Origin: Minisyncoccia bacterium
GTDB taxonomy: Bacteria > Patescibacteriota > Minisyncoccia > UBA6257 > 2-01-FULL-56-20
Reading direction: 5' to 3'
NCBI GenBank assembly: GCA_050008535.1
Contig: JBEKML010000001.1
Span: 327,050 to 391,049, forward strand
Length of the DNA stretch: 64,000 nucleotides
Under the pieces are notes generated by a model. The model saw only the letters and a program-made list of their open reading frames with translations, was not told the origin of the DNA and ran no database searches. Below, one piece after another: positions 16,818 through 27,700 of this stretch. A program made the translations under genes and the position numbers. Each line of letters opens with the position of its first letter. Positions within the stretch are counted from its first letter, which is position 1.

Positions 16818-19370
16818 ATGAAAAAAATAATTTTTTGGGTGTGCGCGGTATTTGGGGCGTGCGGAGTGTGGTTCGTGGCGCCGCCGCTCGCGTTGCGGGC
16901 CGAGGCGGCGATCATAGACGACCATGGCACCGGCTATTCCGGTTATTATTTCAACAATCCTACGGGATACCGCGAGGTTTTTACGGAGCGGGTTCCGGCA
17001 TATCTTCATCATAATTTTGGGAGCTGTGCCACGAATCCGCGTCCGTGCGGCGATAACGAGTTTTATGTCATCTTCACGCCGGACAGGGATATCCCGAATG
17101 CATATGGCATTTCGGTTGACGATCCGAGCATAACCGATGCGGAACTTTTTAACGGGCAAGAAACCAGTCATTGTCCCCAGCCATTTCTGCTTTTCCACGA
17201 TGGCGGGGGTTCGGCGCTTCCCGGACCGCCGAATTGCGGCGGACCGCAATTCCGCGGTAGCGCCACGAGTTCTGCGTGGGCTGTTTTATACAACGGCGGG
17301 CTGTCCCCCTACAATACGAGTACGCAGCTCTTTTTACATGCGGGGATTTCTTACGATGTCGTCGGGTGGTGGTATGAAAACAAGCCCGCGAATCTTGACG
17401 ATGGGCAAATGGTCACGATAGGCATTTGGGAGCCGGATCCATTTGCAACATCCACGCCGCGGGAGCCGGTGGTCATTGTTCCGGGGATCATGGGGTCGAT
17501 CGTTACGAGAGTTTCCGACGGAGAGGAAGTTTGGCCGAATATCGGCAAAATGGCAAGTTTATCCGGCATTCTTTCGGAGGATTCGTATCTTAACGACCTC
17601 GCGCTCGACGCCGGCGGTCAGCCGCTCCTCGCGATGGGCACGCCGGACATCGTAAGGACGGTAACCACGACTATCGCATTCGTTCCCATCCAAAAGACGT
17701 TTTATGGGAATCTGGTAGACGCTTTTGTTTCGAAGGGATACACAGAGAACAAAGACCTTTTTGTAGTTCCGTACGATTGGCGGTTGGACGTTCGTTCGCA
17801 GGCGAATGCGCTTGACGCAAAGATCGCGTCGGCGGTTGCCGCGTCGCCGAACGGAAAGATCAATATTGTGGCGCACAGCATGGGCGGGGTTTTTGTGAAG
17901 GATTATCTTGCCGGCCGCGCCGATAATTCATTCTTGGATAAATTGGTGCTTGTCGGCGTGCCGCAATTGGGGGCGCCCACGGCATTCAAAATTTTGAACA
18001 ACGGGGATAACCTGGGTGTCGCCCTCGGCCCTTTTGATGTCTTGAGTTCCGCCGAAATAAAAAAGATTGCGCAGAACATGCCGTCGATTTACGAGTTGTT
18101 GCCGGGTCGGCGGTATGTGCAGATTGACGGGGGATACGTACGGGATTTCCGGGGTGGCAAGAATACAGTGCTTGGATACGACGAGACGGCGCATCTCATG
18201 ACGAGCAATCCTATAGACAGCCGCAATACAAATCTTTTGAACATTGCCGACGCCTTTCATCAAGGGCTCGATGCGCAGGCCGTAAATGCTTCAGATATCT
18301 ATAATGTTCTGGGCTGTCTCAAGCCAACCATTTCCCAGTTTAATTTCTATGACGATGGCGTTACGGATGTCACGCGCACGACGGGCGACGGCACCGTGCC
18401 CGAGGTGAGTGCCATGAATCTCGCTGACGGGTTTCATAATTACTTCGTGCTTGGCGACGAGACCGGGATCGATCATCCGAGGCTCGTAAGCGATCCGCGG
18501 TCGCTTGCGCTCATCACAAGCATTATAGAGAACGGCACTTCCACGAGCGGTAATTTGCCGCAAGGTGTTTCTACCGCGCTTGCGGCTTGTGCGGGAGGAG
18601 GATCGGGGTCGCCGGATGCGTCGGCGGCTCACGATGATAGCGTTGAATTCAGCGTCCATGGTTCTGCAGACCTGAACGTTTATGATGCTGCGGGCCGGCA
18701 CGCGGGACCTTTGCCGGACGGCACCACGGAGATCAATATCCCCGGAAGCAGTTATGAAAAGATGGGCAAAAATATTTTTGTTACGGTTCCTGCGAGCGCG
18801 ACGAGCACCTATAAAGTAGTTGGCCGTGCTACGGTAAACAGCGAAGACGCTTCAAGCACCACAAGCATGGTGACCATTAAAGCGAAAGGGCGCAAAAAAA
18901 GCACCGTGCAGCACGCGGTAACGTATGTCTCCGTGCCGCTCGAAAACGCGAGCGCCACTGCCGAACTGGACTTTTCTGGGTTTGATGGAGATCTTGCTCT
19001 GAAATTTGACGAGGACGGTGACGGCAATGCCGACGCCACTTCTTCGCCCGATGCGATCCTAACCGACACATCCTCAACCGACGACGTTACTCCTCCGGAT
19101 ATCACCCTACCTGCCATTCCCGCTGAAGCGGTGCAGGGGAGCACCACAATGTTGGTCTTTGGTGCGACCGACGCCGGGTCGGGGGTCGCCGCGATCACAG
19201 CAACGCTCAATGGCGATACGGTTTCAAACGGCCAAGTGATCACATTTGTGAAGCCCGGCGGGAATGTATTCATGATCACCGCTGTTGATAAAGCAGGGAA
19301 CCCAAGGACGCGCGAGCTTGATTTTGAAGTGATTGCGCCGCCTGAAAAGTACAAGCGTTGCGGACATTAA
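16818..19370 (+). CDS. Secreted LCAT/PGAP1-like alpha/beta hydrolase (lipase/acyltransferase) with C-terminal Ig-like domains
   Basis: Signal peptide; PVVIVPGIMGS, PYDWR, AHSMGG nucleophile elbow, GDGTVP, catalytic His candidate (IDHP). Confidence 0.88.
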   Translation: MKKIIFWVCAVFGACGVWFVAPPLALRAEAAIIDDHGTGYSGYYFNNPTGYREVFTERVPAYLHHNFGSCATNPRPCGDNEFYVIFTPDRDIPNAYGISVDDPSITDAELFNGQETSHCPQPFLLFHDGGGSALPGPPNCGGPQFRGSATSSAWAVLYNGGLSPYNTSTQLFLHAGISYDVVGWWYENKPANLDDGQMVTIGIWEPDPFATSTPREPVVIVPGIMGSIVTRVSDGEEVWPNIGKMASLSGILSEDSYLNDLALDAGGQPLLAMGTPDIVRTVTTTIAFVPIQKTFYGNLVDAFVSKGYTENKDLFVVPYDWRLDVRSQANALDAKIASAVAASPNGKINIVAHSMGGVFVKDYLAGRADNSFLDKLVLVGVPQLGAPTAFKILNNGDNLGVALGPFDVLSSAEIKKIAQNMPSIYELLPGRRYVQIDGGYVRDFRGGKNTVLGYDETAHLMTSNPIDSRNTNLLNIADAFHQGLDAQAVNASDIYNVLGCLKPTISQFNFYDDGVTDVTRTTGDGTVPEVSAMNLADGFHNYFVLGDETGIDHPRLVSDPRSLALITSIIENGTSTSGNLPQGVSTALAACAGGGSGSPDASAAHDDSVEFSVHGSADLNVYDAAGRHAGPLPDGTTEINIPGSSYEKMGKNIFVTVPASATSTYKVVGRATVNSEDASSTTSMVTIKAKGRKKSTVQHAVTYVSVPLENASATAELDFSGFDGDLALKFDEDGDGNADATSSPDAILTDTSSTDDVTPPDITLPAIPAEAVQGSTTMLVFGATDAGSGVAAITATLNGDTVSNGQVITFVKPGGNVFMITAVDKAGNPRTRELDFEVIAPPEKYKRCGH

Positions 19371-19393
19371 AAATAGCATCGTATACTATAGCC

Positions 19394-19702
19394 ATGCGAA
19401 GGATGTATTGGTGGGGCGCGCTTGCGGGGTTTGGTGCGGGCCTTCTCTTTATCGCGGTAGTTTTTTTGTTCCCCGCGCTCCGTGCCCTTGCCGCAGATGT
19501 TGGAGCGTTTTCGTGGTCGTTCTCGCTTTTTTGCCTGCTTTGCTTTGTTCTCTTCGTCGCAACTCCGTGGTTCCATCGGAACGGAAATATCTCCGCCGCC
19601 CGCGCGTTCCCTTTTTTTCTCTTAGGCGCGGTCGCGGCTTACGCGCTTCTCTTTCTTGCCATCGTTATGGTTTTTGAGCTGTGGCAGCCCCAGATCCTAT
19701 AG
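19394..19702 (+). CDS. Small membrane protein with about 3 TM segments
   Basis: Hydrophobic ORF with TATACT a few nt before the ATG. Confidence 0.65.
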   Translation: MRRMYWWGALAGFGAGLLFIAVVFLFPALRALAADVGAFSWSFSLFCLLCFVLFVATPWFHRNGNISAARAFPFFLLGAVAAYALLFLAIVMVFELWQPQIL

Positions 19703-19706
19703 TGTC

Positions 19707-20408
19707 ATGCTCGAACCAAAAGTTATCTACGAAGACAGCAACCTTCTTGTGATTAATAAGCCCCCCGGGCTTCAGGTGCACGCCGCGAAAATTTCCGGCG
19801 CACAGGCGGCCCATCACGCCGCACCGCGTCCGATAGCTCTCACCGTAGTCGATTGGCTCGTAAAATATTATCCGGAAGTAAAGAACGTCGGCGACGATCC
19901 CGCGCTCCGGCCGGGCATCGTGCACCGGCTTGATAAGGAAACGTCGGGTGTGATGCTTGTGGCAAGGAACCAGAAATATTTTGACTACCTTAAGCTGCTT
20001 TTCCAAAAGCACGAGATAAAAAAAACCTATCTGGCGTTCGTCGCGGGGGTTCCTGCGAAAAGGCAGGGGATCATTGACGCGCCGATCGGTATTCGGAACG
20101 GGACGATGAAGCGGAGCATCCGCTCGGCAAAAATGGCAAAGCCGGCCGTTACGGAATACCGCGTTCTTAAAACATTGGGCGGAGAGGGCGGGCACTATTC
20201 TCTTCTAGAGATAAGCCCGAAGACCGGCCGCACGCACCAGATCCGCGTGCATCTCGCGAGCATCGGGCACCCCGTTCTTGGGGATCGCCTGTATGGCCCA
20301 AAAAAGCAACCGGCATGGGTGGACCGCTTGATGCTCCACGCGCTTTCCGTTGAATTCACCGCTGCGGACGGCAAACGGGTAAAATTCGAGGCCGCCCCGC
20401 CGTTTTAG
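19707..20408 (+). CDS. RluA/RluD family pseudouridine synthase, no S4 domain
   Basis: INKPPGL, GIVHRLDKETSG, TGRTHQIRVH, GDRLYG. Confidence 0.95.
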   Translation: MLEPKVIYEDSNLLVINKPPGLQVHAAKISGAQAAHHAAPRPIALTVVDWLVKYYPEVKNVGDDPALRPGIVHRLDKETSGVMLVARNQKYFDYLKLLFQKHEIKKTYLAFVAGVPAKRQGIIDAPIGIRNGTMKRSIRSAKMAKPAVTEYRVLKTLGGEGGHYSLLEISPKTGRTHQIRVHLASIGHPVLGDRLYGPKKQPAWVDRLMLHALSVEFTAADGKRVKFEAAPPF

Positions 20409-20495
20409 TTATCCACACCCGATTTTCCTTGCGTTTTTACGGCATGCTACAATGGTTACATATAGAGAAAGGTCGAATTTTTCCTTGGTTATCAA

Positions 20496-21179
20496 ATGAA
20501 AAATAAAAATCGCAAAGGATTCACCCTCATTGAGCTTTTGATCGTGATCGCAATCATTGCGGTCTTGTCGGTGGTTGTCATCTTGTCCTTAAATCCGGCG
20601 GAATTGCTCCGCCAGGCGCGGGATTCCAACCGTATTTCGGACATGGCGACCCTGAAGAGCGCTATTTCCCTCTACTTGGCGGACGTGGCGAGTCCCTATC
20701 TTGGGGCTGCGGCAACCTGCTATGTAGGCGTTGCTACTTCTGCTGCTAATCCCTTTCTAGACACTCCGAGTAACGTCGGTACCTGGGCAACGTCAAGCCC
20801 CAGCTCGTGTGCAAACTTTTTTGCAGTGGCGACAAGCAGCATTGCGGCGACCTCAACACGAACGATTGGGACCGTTGGCAGCACGACGGGAAATGGCTGG
20901 GTTCCGGTGGACTTCGCAAATATCAGCTCCGGCGCGCCGATCGGCCAGGAGCCGGTTGACCCGATAAACCAGGTGGGCACCTGCGTGGGGACCAGCTCAG
21001 CGGTTTCCCTCTCGAGCTGCGGTCTCTACTATGGGTATGCCATCAGCACTACGAACTTCAAACTTACCGCGGTCATGGAGAGCACGAAGTACACGAAGGG
21101 AGGCGGCGGCGATGTGGAAACTTCGGACGGCGGCACCAACCCTTACGTTTACGAAGGGGGGACGAGTCCGACGCTGTAG
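20496..21179 (+). CDS. Type IV pilin, probable major pilin
   Basis: KGFTLIELLIVIAIIAVL class III signal and ARDSNRISD; own promoter and strong downstream hairpin. Confidence 0.92.
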   Translation: MKNKNRKGFTLIELLIVIAIIAVLSVVVILSLNPAELLRQARDSNRISDMATLKSAISLYLADVASPYLGAAATCYVGVATSAANPFLDTPSNVGTWATSSPSSCANFFAVATSSIAATSTRTIGTVGSTTGNGWVPVDFANISSGAPIGQEPVDPINQVGTCVGTSSAVSLSSCGLYYGYAISTTNFKLTAVMESTKYTKGGGGDVETSDGGTNPYVYEGGTSPTL

Positions 21180-21210
21180 TTTCTTCCTGTAGTACAAGGT
21201 TTCTGTAACT

Positions 21211-21242
21211 ATCCAGCACCGCTTTCTGAAGCGGTGCTGGAT
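21211..21242 (+). terminator. Hairpin after the pilin gene (terminator or stabiliser)
   Basis: ATCCAGCACCGCTT-TCTG-AAGCGGTGCTGGAT. Confidence 0.7.
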
Positions 21243-21258
21243 TGGTATTATATAAGGT

Positions 21259-22974
21259 ATGCGCCTTCCGCTGCCGGTACCGCAGATTAAAAAATTGCTG
21301 GTTGACGAGGGGCTTATTACGTCGGAAAGGTTTGACGAGCTTTCTGCCGAAGCCGCGCGAAAAAATCAGAGCATCCTTGACGTTCTCGTTTCGGAACAGT
21401 TCACCACGGCGGATTATTTGAACGATCTTATAGCGAACGCCCTGGATGTCCCGCGCGCGGATTTTGCGACGCAAAAAATACAAAGCGACATAGTGAAGCT
21501 TTTGCCCGAGTACGTTGCGCGCCAGCGCCAAGCGATCGTTTTCAAGAAAGAAGACGACGAGACCTACGACGTTGCGATGATAGATCCGTCCGATCTTGAA
21601 ACAGTCGCGTTTCTTAGCCAGCGCCTCAAGGGGAAAATAAAGCCGTTCTTTGCGACCACGGAAGACCTGAACCGCGGGTTTTCGGTGTACGGCTACGAGC
21701 TCGGTCAGGATTTTAAAAAGCTCATTGAGGAGAACATCCAGGCATCGCTTACCAGCACCGTAAAGAGCGCCGAAGAGGCCGCAAGCGAGCTCCCTATCGT
21801 GGGCATCGTGGACAATGTTCTCTCGTATGCTACCGCGTCGCGCGCCTCGGATGTCCACGTAGAGATTCTGGAAAACGCATTATTCATCCGTTATCGCATT
21901 GACGGCATCCTATACGAAATTATGAGCGTCCCAAAGGCGGTATATCCCGCGATCGTCGCGCGCCTTAAACTTCTTTCCGGCCTCAAGATCGACGAACATC
22001 AGAAGCCGCAAGACGGGAGGTTTCAGTATCAGATCGGGAACCAAAAGATCGACGTCCGGACGTCCGTCATACCGACCTTTTACGGCGAAAAAGTGGAAAT
22101 GCGGCTGCTTGAGGCGTCCCAGAAAGCGCTTTCGCTTGAGGAGCTCGGCATGCAATCCGATGACGCGAAGATCATTACCGAGAGCCTTAAGAAAGCGTAC
22201 GGTATGATCCTTGCCTGCGGGCCGACCGGTTCCGGAAAAACGACGACGCTCTACGCCATGATGAACATATTGAACAAACCGCAAGTGAACGTGACGACGA
22301 TCGAAGACCCGATCGAATATAATATGCGTTACGTGAACCAGACACAGATCAATCCGCAGGCGGGGATCACGTTCGCCTCGGGGCTCCGGGCGCTTCTCCG
22401 GCAGGATCCCAACATCATCATGATCGGCGAGATCCGCGATGCGGAGACCGCGGAGATTTCTGTGCAAGCGGCCCTGACCGGCCACCTGCTTCTTTCTTCG
22501 CTCCACACGAATGATGCGCCGACCGCCGTGCCGCGTCTTTTTGACCTCGGGATCCCGCCGTTCCTCGCGGTTTCGGTTTTGAATCTTGTGATCGCGCAGC
22601 GTCTCGTGCGGCGGATCTGCCAAACCTGCCTCTATTCATATGAGGCGGGCCCCGAGGTACAAAAGACGATGGAAGCCCAACTTGCGGAGCTTGGGGTAAA
22701 AGAAGGGACCGTGAAAGCACCAAAGGTCCTCTATCGCGGCAAAGGGTGCAGCTCGTGCGGGATGACCGGTTACCGCGGCCGCTTCGGCATCTACGAATTA
22801 TTGCAGATTACCGAAGCAGTCAAAAAGATCATTATCCAGGGAAATTTCAGCCTTGAGGGCCTGCGCACCGCCGCGCGCCGGGAGGGAATGAGGACGATGT
22901 TTGAAGACGGGCTCTTAAAAATGGAGCTTGCCCAGACGACGTTCGAAGAGGTATTGCGCGTGATCCGCGAATAG
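21259..22974 (+). CDS. pilB: Type IV pilus assembly ATPase PilB/GspE
   Basis: ASDVH, PQDGR, GPTGSGKTTTLY, TIEDPIEY, LRQDPNIIMIGEIRD, CxxC...CxxC. Confidence 0.95.
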   Translation: MRLPLPVPQIKKLLVDEGLITSERFDELSAEAARKNQSILDVLVSEQFTTADYLNDLIANALDVPRADFATQKIQSDIVKLLPEYVARQRQAIVFKKEDDETYDVAMIDPSDLETVAFLSQRLKGKIKPFFATTEDLNRGFSVYGYELGQDFKKLIEENIQASLTSTVKSAEEAASELPIVGIVDNVLSYATASRASDVHVEILENALFIRYRIDGILYEIMSVPKAVYPAIVARLKLLSGLKIDEHQKPQDGRFQYQIGNQKIDVRTSVIPTFYGEKVEMRLLEASQKALSLEELGMQSDDAKIITESLKKAYGMILACGPTGSGKTTTLYAMMNILNKPQVNVTTIEDPIEYNMRYVNQTQINPQAGITFASGLRALLRQDPNIIMIGEIRDAETAEISVQAALTGHLLLSSLHTNDAPTAVPRLFDLGIPPFLAVSVLNLVIAQRLVRRICQTCLYSYEAGPEVQKTMEAQLAELGVKEGTVKAPKVLYRGKGCSSCGMTGYRGRFGIYELLQITEAVKKIIIQGNFSLEGLRTAARREGMRTMFEDGLLKMELAQTTFEEVLRVIRE

Positions 22975-22999
22975 CCCCGAAGTGTTGTAAAATAATCAT

Positions 23000-24205
23000 A
23001 TGCTCTATCACTATGTGGCCGTTGATCAGTCAGGGAAGAGTGCAGAGGCGGATTTTGAAGCGGGAACCCAGAACGACGTCCTTCGCTATCTTTCGGAAAA
23101 GGGACTCCGCCCGATTTCGGTAAAATCCGTACGGCAGCACGGGCTTTGGGTACCGCAATTCTGGGGCGGCATCACGACATCCGACAAGGTGTTTCTTACG
23201 AAGTATCTCGCGCTCATGCTGCGGGTGGGGACCGATCTTCTGTCCGCGGTCGATATTTTGACTGCGGATTTTGACAAGCCATCCGTGAAGAATTTTCTGC
23301 TTGAAGTGCACGAGAGTCTGGGCCGCGGCCAGCCGTTCTATCAGGCCTTCGCAAAACACCCAGAAAGCTTTTCGCCTACTTTTATTGGTTTGGTGAAGGC
23401 CGCAGAGACATCCGGAAATCTTGAGAAGACCTTCTCGGATTTAAGCGACTCGCTTGAACGCGAGGCGGAGCTCCGCTCGCGGGTCCGGTCGGCGGTGGTG
23501 TATCCGATCGTGGTGCTTTGTATGTCACTTGCCATCATTACCTTTCTTGTGACCCTTGCTCTGCCGAAACTTGCAGTGGCATTTTCGAGCGGCGGCGTCA
23601 ATCCTCCGCTCTTCTCGCGCATCGTGTTCGATGTGGGGCTTTTTGTAGGGAACAACATCATACTGCTCTACGCTATACTTTTCGGGACAATCGCGCTCTT
23701 TGTCCTGGGAGTTCGCAAGACGGAGACGGGAAAACGGTTGTGGAGCCGGACGCTTACCCATCTCCCTGTGGTGCGGAGAATTTATACCGATCTCGCCGTC
23801 CAGCATATGGCTTCAACTATGAGCGCGCTTATGCGGGCGGGGCTGCCGATCATGGAGACCATTACGACCGCGGCTGAGACCGTGAACCACCGGGAGTTCC
23901 AATATGCCCTCCTGCGCGTGGCGAACGAAGGCCTTGCAAAGGGGCTTACGATAGGGGAAGCGTTCAGGCGGGAAGCGGTTTTCCCGAAATCGGTCGTGAA
24001 CCTCGTGGCCATTTCCGAAAAAGCGGGGCACCTTGAAGAGGTGCTGGGCACTCTCTCTAAATTTTATGAGGCAAACATTGATTCCAACATCAAGGCGCTG
24101 GTCTCATTGCTTGAGCCGATGTTGCTTCTTTCGATGGGCATCATTGTTGCGGTCATCGCACTCTCCATCATCGTGCCGATCTATCAATTGACGAGCTCGT
24201 TCTAG
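23000..24205 (+). CDS. pilC: Type IV pilus platform protein PilC/GspF
   Basis: Two T2SSF repeats: AAETSGNL, SEKAGHL, LLEP. Confidence 0.93.
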   Translation: MLYHYVAVDQSGKSAEADFEAGTQNDVLRYLSEKGLRPISVKSVRQHGLWVPQFWGGITTSDKVFLTKYLALMLRVGTDLLSAVDILTADFDKPSVKNFLLEVHESLGRGQPFYQAFAKHPESFSPTFIGLVKAAETSGNLEKTFSDLSDSLEREAELRSRVRSAVVYPIVVLCMSLAIITFLVTLALPKLAVAFSSGGVNPPLFSRIVFDVGLFVGNNIILLYAILFGTIALFVLGVRKTETGKRLWSRTLTHLPVVRRIYTDLAVQHMASTMSALMRAGLPIMETITTAAETVNHREFQYALLRVANEGLAKGLTIGEAFRREAVFPKSVVNLVAISEKAGHLEEVLGTLSKFYEANIDSNIKALVSLLEPMLLLSMGIIVAVIALSIIVPIYQLTSSF

Positions 24206-24215
24206 CCCGATATTC

Positions 24216-24737
24216 ATGAAAAAAGGATTCACCATCGTTGAGCTCCTGATCGTAATCGGGATCATCGCCATAATCACCACGGTTTCCGTTTTGACTCTTT
24301 TCAACTGGCATAGCACGGCGGTTTTGACGAGTACCACAAAACAGATCGGCGCCCTTCTTCGCGAGGCACAGAGCAATACGATGGCGCAGAACCAGGGCGC
24401 CGCATGGGGAGTGCATTTTGATAACACTACCTCAACGGCGGCGTTCTATTCGCTCTTCTATACCTTCAATGGCACCTATGCATCTTCGACGCGGGTTGGC
24501 CAATATCCACTCCCTGCCGGTATCTGTTATGCGACCTCGAGCGTCAATGTCGGTTCCTCCACGGATATCATTTTTAGCGGGATCTCCGGCCAGCCCTCTG
24601 CTTCGGTGACCATCATGCTGCAGCTCATAATAAACGGCAGCTGCAGCACGGCCACAAGTTCCGGATCGGCGGCCAGCCTAAACCGTTCAGGGAGCGGATT
24701 GATCTTTTTTGACAATTTCAATCGATCGAATCTTTAG
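24216..24737 (+). CDS. Minor pilin (FimT/GspH-like) with an apparently incomplete C-terminus
   Basis: KGFTIVELLIV, LREAQSNTMA, WGVHF; ends GLIFFDNFNRSNL. Confidence 0.88.
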   Translation: MKKGFTIVELLIVIGIIAIITTVSVLTLFNWHSTAVLTSTTKQIGALLREAQSNTMAQNQGAAWGVHFDNTTSTAAFYSLFYTFNGTYASSTRVGQYPLPAGICYATSSVNVGSSTDIIFSGISGQPSASVTIMLQLIINGSCSTATSSGSAASLNRSGSGLIFFDNFNRSNL

Positions 24738-24743
24738 AAGGAA

Positions 24744-27700
24744 ATGCAAAACAAGAAATTCATCGTAGTCGGCGTTGTTATTGGGTGCATCATTATTTTT
24801 GCCCCAAAGGCATTTGCTTCAGATAGATATTATGTAGGTGGAACGGCAAACTGGAGCGCGACTTCAAGTTGGGCTACAACTTCCGGCGGCAGTCCCGGGG
24901 CGTCTATACCGACCCCTGCCGATAATTGCTTTTTTGACGCAAGCTCCAGTCCCACTTCTTATACCGTCACGTTAACTGCCGCGGTCAGCTGTAAAGACAT
25001 TACCGTCGTCAGTCCACCTTCGGGCAATGCGACTATTGGTGTCAATAATTATAATATGGCTGTTTACGGCTCAATGGATTTGGCCACTGGAACGGTTGTC
25101 AGTATAGGTACTTCTGGCGTCTCTTTTGCCGCGACTTCCAGCGTCCAGACTATTAGAACGAGAGGAACGTCCTTTGTCATAGTGTCTTTTACTGGTTCTG
25201 GCGCAACTTTCCGACTGCTTGATAATCTTACAGTAAGTTATCAGATAGGTTTAAGTGCCGGGAGGATATTTGATGCCAATGGCCAGACAGTTATTTTTCC
25301 TAGTTCAACTAATGCTTATGTATCGGGTGATTTTACATTTTATAACCTAACTCGTAATACGAATGCAGCAAATAGGAATCTCTATCTCGGCGGCAATATA
25401 ACTATCACTGGCACCTTAACCTTGAATGGTTATAGTGCCACCACTAGCCGTTCGCTTCTTGTTTCACAAACTTCGGGCGCACAAACTGCGGGCATAACCA
25501 GAACAATAACTCTTTCAGGGGCAAGTGCTACTTTGTCTGTTTCTAATATAGACCTTGAAGATATAGCAGGAGCGGTGGCCAATGGAGCTAGTGCCGCTCT
25601 ATGGGATTTATCGGCTATTTCGGGACTTTCCGGCGATTGCGGTGGAAATAGTGGGATAACTTTTACCAATCCCCAAACCCAATACTATAAACATCCAGGA
25701 ACTGCTAATGCGTCCTGGTCAGGTGCTAATTGGTATGCCTCAGACCATGCTACCCTTCAGCGGGTTCCTTTGCCGCAAGATGATGTTGTATTTAATGTGG
25801 GTGCGTTTGCGGCAACCGGAAAGAAGATCACGATGGATATGCCAAGGGGGGGCAAGAGTATAGATTTTAGCGCGGTTGAGTATACTCCTACTTTTGCCCT
25901 GGATAGCACCAGTAATACCATTTACGGTTCTCTGACATTGGGAACAATGGGCAATAGCAATATTATCGCTATGGGTGGTAACGCTTTCGTTTTCGGAGGC
26001 AGGAGCGCTTACACTTTGAAAAGCAACGGCAATACTTTTTCTTCTGCCGGAAATTGGAGCTTTACTTCAAACGCTCCGGGTGGGTCTTTGACTTTAAAAG
26101 ATAACTTGAATATGGTAGGTGGCACAGCGGTGACGCTGACGACAGCCAATGGAACTTTTAGCGCGGTGGATGGTGCGAACAATTATGCTATTACTACAGG
26201 CAGGATCGGCGTAAGCGCCTCAGGAACCATTGCTCTGGGTTCGGCAACTCATCTATTAACCGGGACGGGAGCGGTGTGGACCGGCACGGGAATAGTAAAT
26301 GCCGGTAGCTCAACGCTTAAATTCACCAATACTGGCACTTCCACGATCTCATTTACGAGTGGAACTAAAACCTACAACAACGTTTGGTTCTCTCGCGGGG
26401 GGAGCACGGCTTCAACCACAATTACCGGAAACAACACCTTTAATGATTTTAAGGATGACGGGAATGCTGCTCACTCAATTCTTTTCACCCACGGAACGAC
26501 GTCCACAGTTCAAACATTCACGGTGACGGGTAATGGTGCGGGAAATGAAATAACCATAAACAGCGATACGGCAGCGACCCATTCGTTAGTAAAATTAGGC
26601 GGGGGGACGATTTCCAGTGATTACTTGAATATCCAACACTCCGTAGCTTCTCCGGTAAATACGTGGTATGCGGGAACCAACAGCATAAATAATCAAGCAG
26701 TGGCAACGGCGGGAAGCGGGTGGATATTCACGAGTCCGCCCGTCCCCGGCGCGCCGGGGACGCCCACCTATACAAGTGTGAGCTCCAGTACGCTTACGGT
26801 GAACTGGGCTTCTTCAACGGGTGCCACCTATTACAAAATGGAACGCGCGACCTCTTCGCAATCCTACCTCCAAATCGCGACCACGAGCGCCCTTTCCTAC
26901 GCCGATACGGGGCTCACCGCGAACACGACGTTCTTTTACCGCGTCCGGGGGACGAACGGCAACGGCGACGGTCCGTACAGCACAAGCTCGAGCATTCTCA
27001 CCTTGCCCGACGTTGTTTCTCCGGCGCCGACCTATGCGAACATAGGGACAAGCACCGTGACCGTGAATTGGACCACTCCGACGGGCGGCGCGGCATCATA
27101 TATCATCCAGCGCGCAACCTCTTCGCAATCGTATGCCCAAGTCGCAACAACAACCGCGATTTTCATAAACGACAGCGGCCTTGCGCAGAGCACCATCTAT
27201 TTCTATCGCGTGCAGGCCGCGAATGCGACGGGGAACGGGCAAGTGAGCGCAAGTTCCAGCGTGACGACCACGGGAGTGAATTCGGCACCCAATGCGCCTT
27301 CGGAAGATTTACCCGCGAATAATTCGCAAGGCATAAGCATAACTCCGGTTTTCGAAATGACTGCGACTGATCCCGAAAGCAACAATTTACAATACAGAGT
27401 GGTTATCTATTCCAACTCCGGCTGTACGGCCGTCGTTCAGACCAATGATCAAAGTGCGTCGCAGACCGGCTGGTCGGGCCAGAATGCTTCCTCGAGCTAT
27501 GAATATATCTCGGGCACCCAAGGGGTCTTCGCGACGCAGTCCGCGCTCTCGGCAAATACCACCTATTACTGGATAGCGAATGCGAAAGATCCCGAAGGAT
27601 CAAATACGTGGGGCGCCTCTTCAACCTGCAACGGCTTTACGACGGCCTACGGCAGCTGGGCCACGGATTCGGGGAATTGGAGCGTGAGCAGCAGCCAGTA

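Noticed and set aside
20409-20417. DnaA box TTATCCACA suggesting oriC
   Set aside because: A single perfect box with no cluster, no dnaA and no unwinding element seen.
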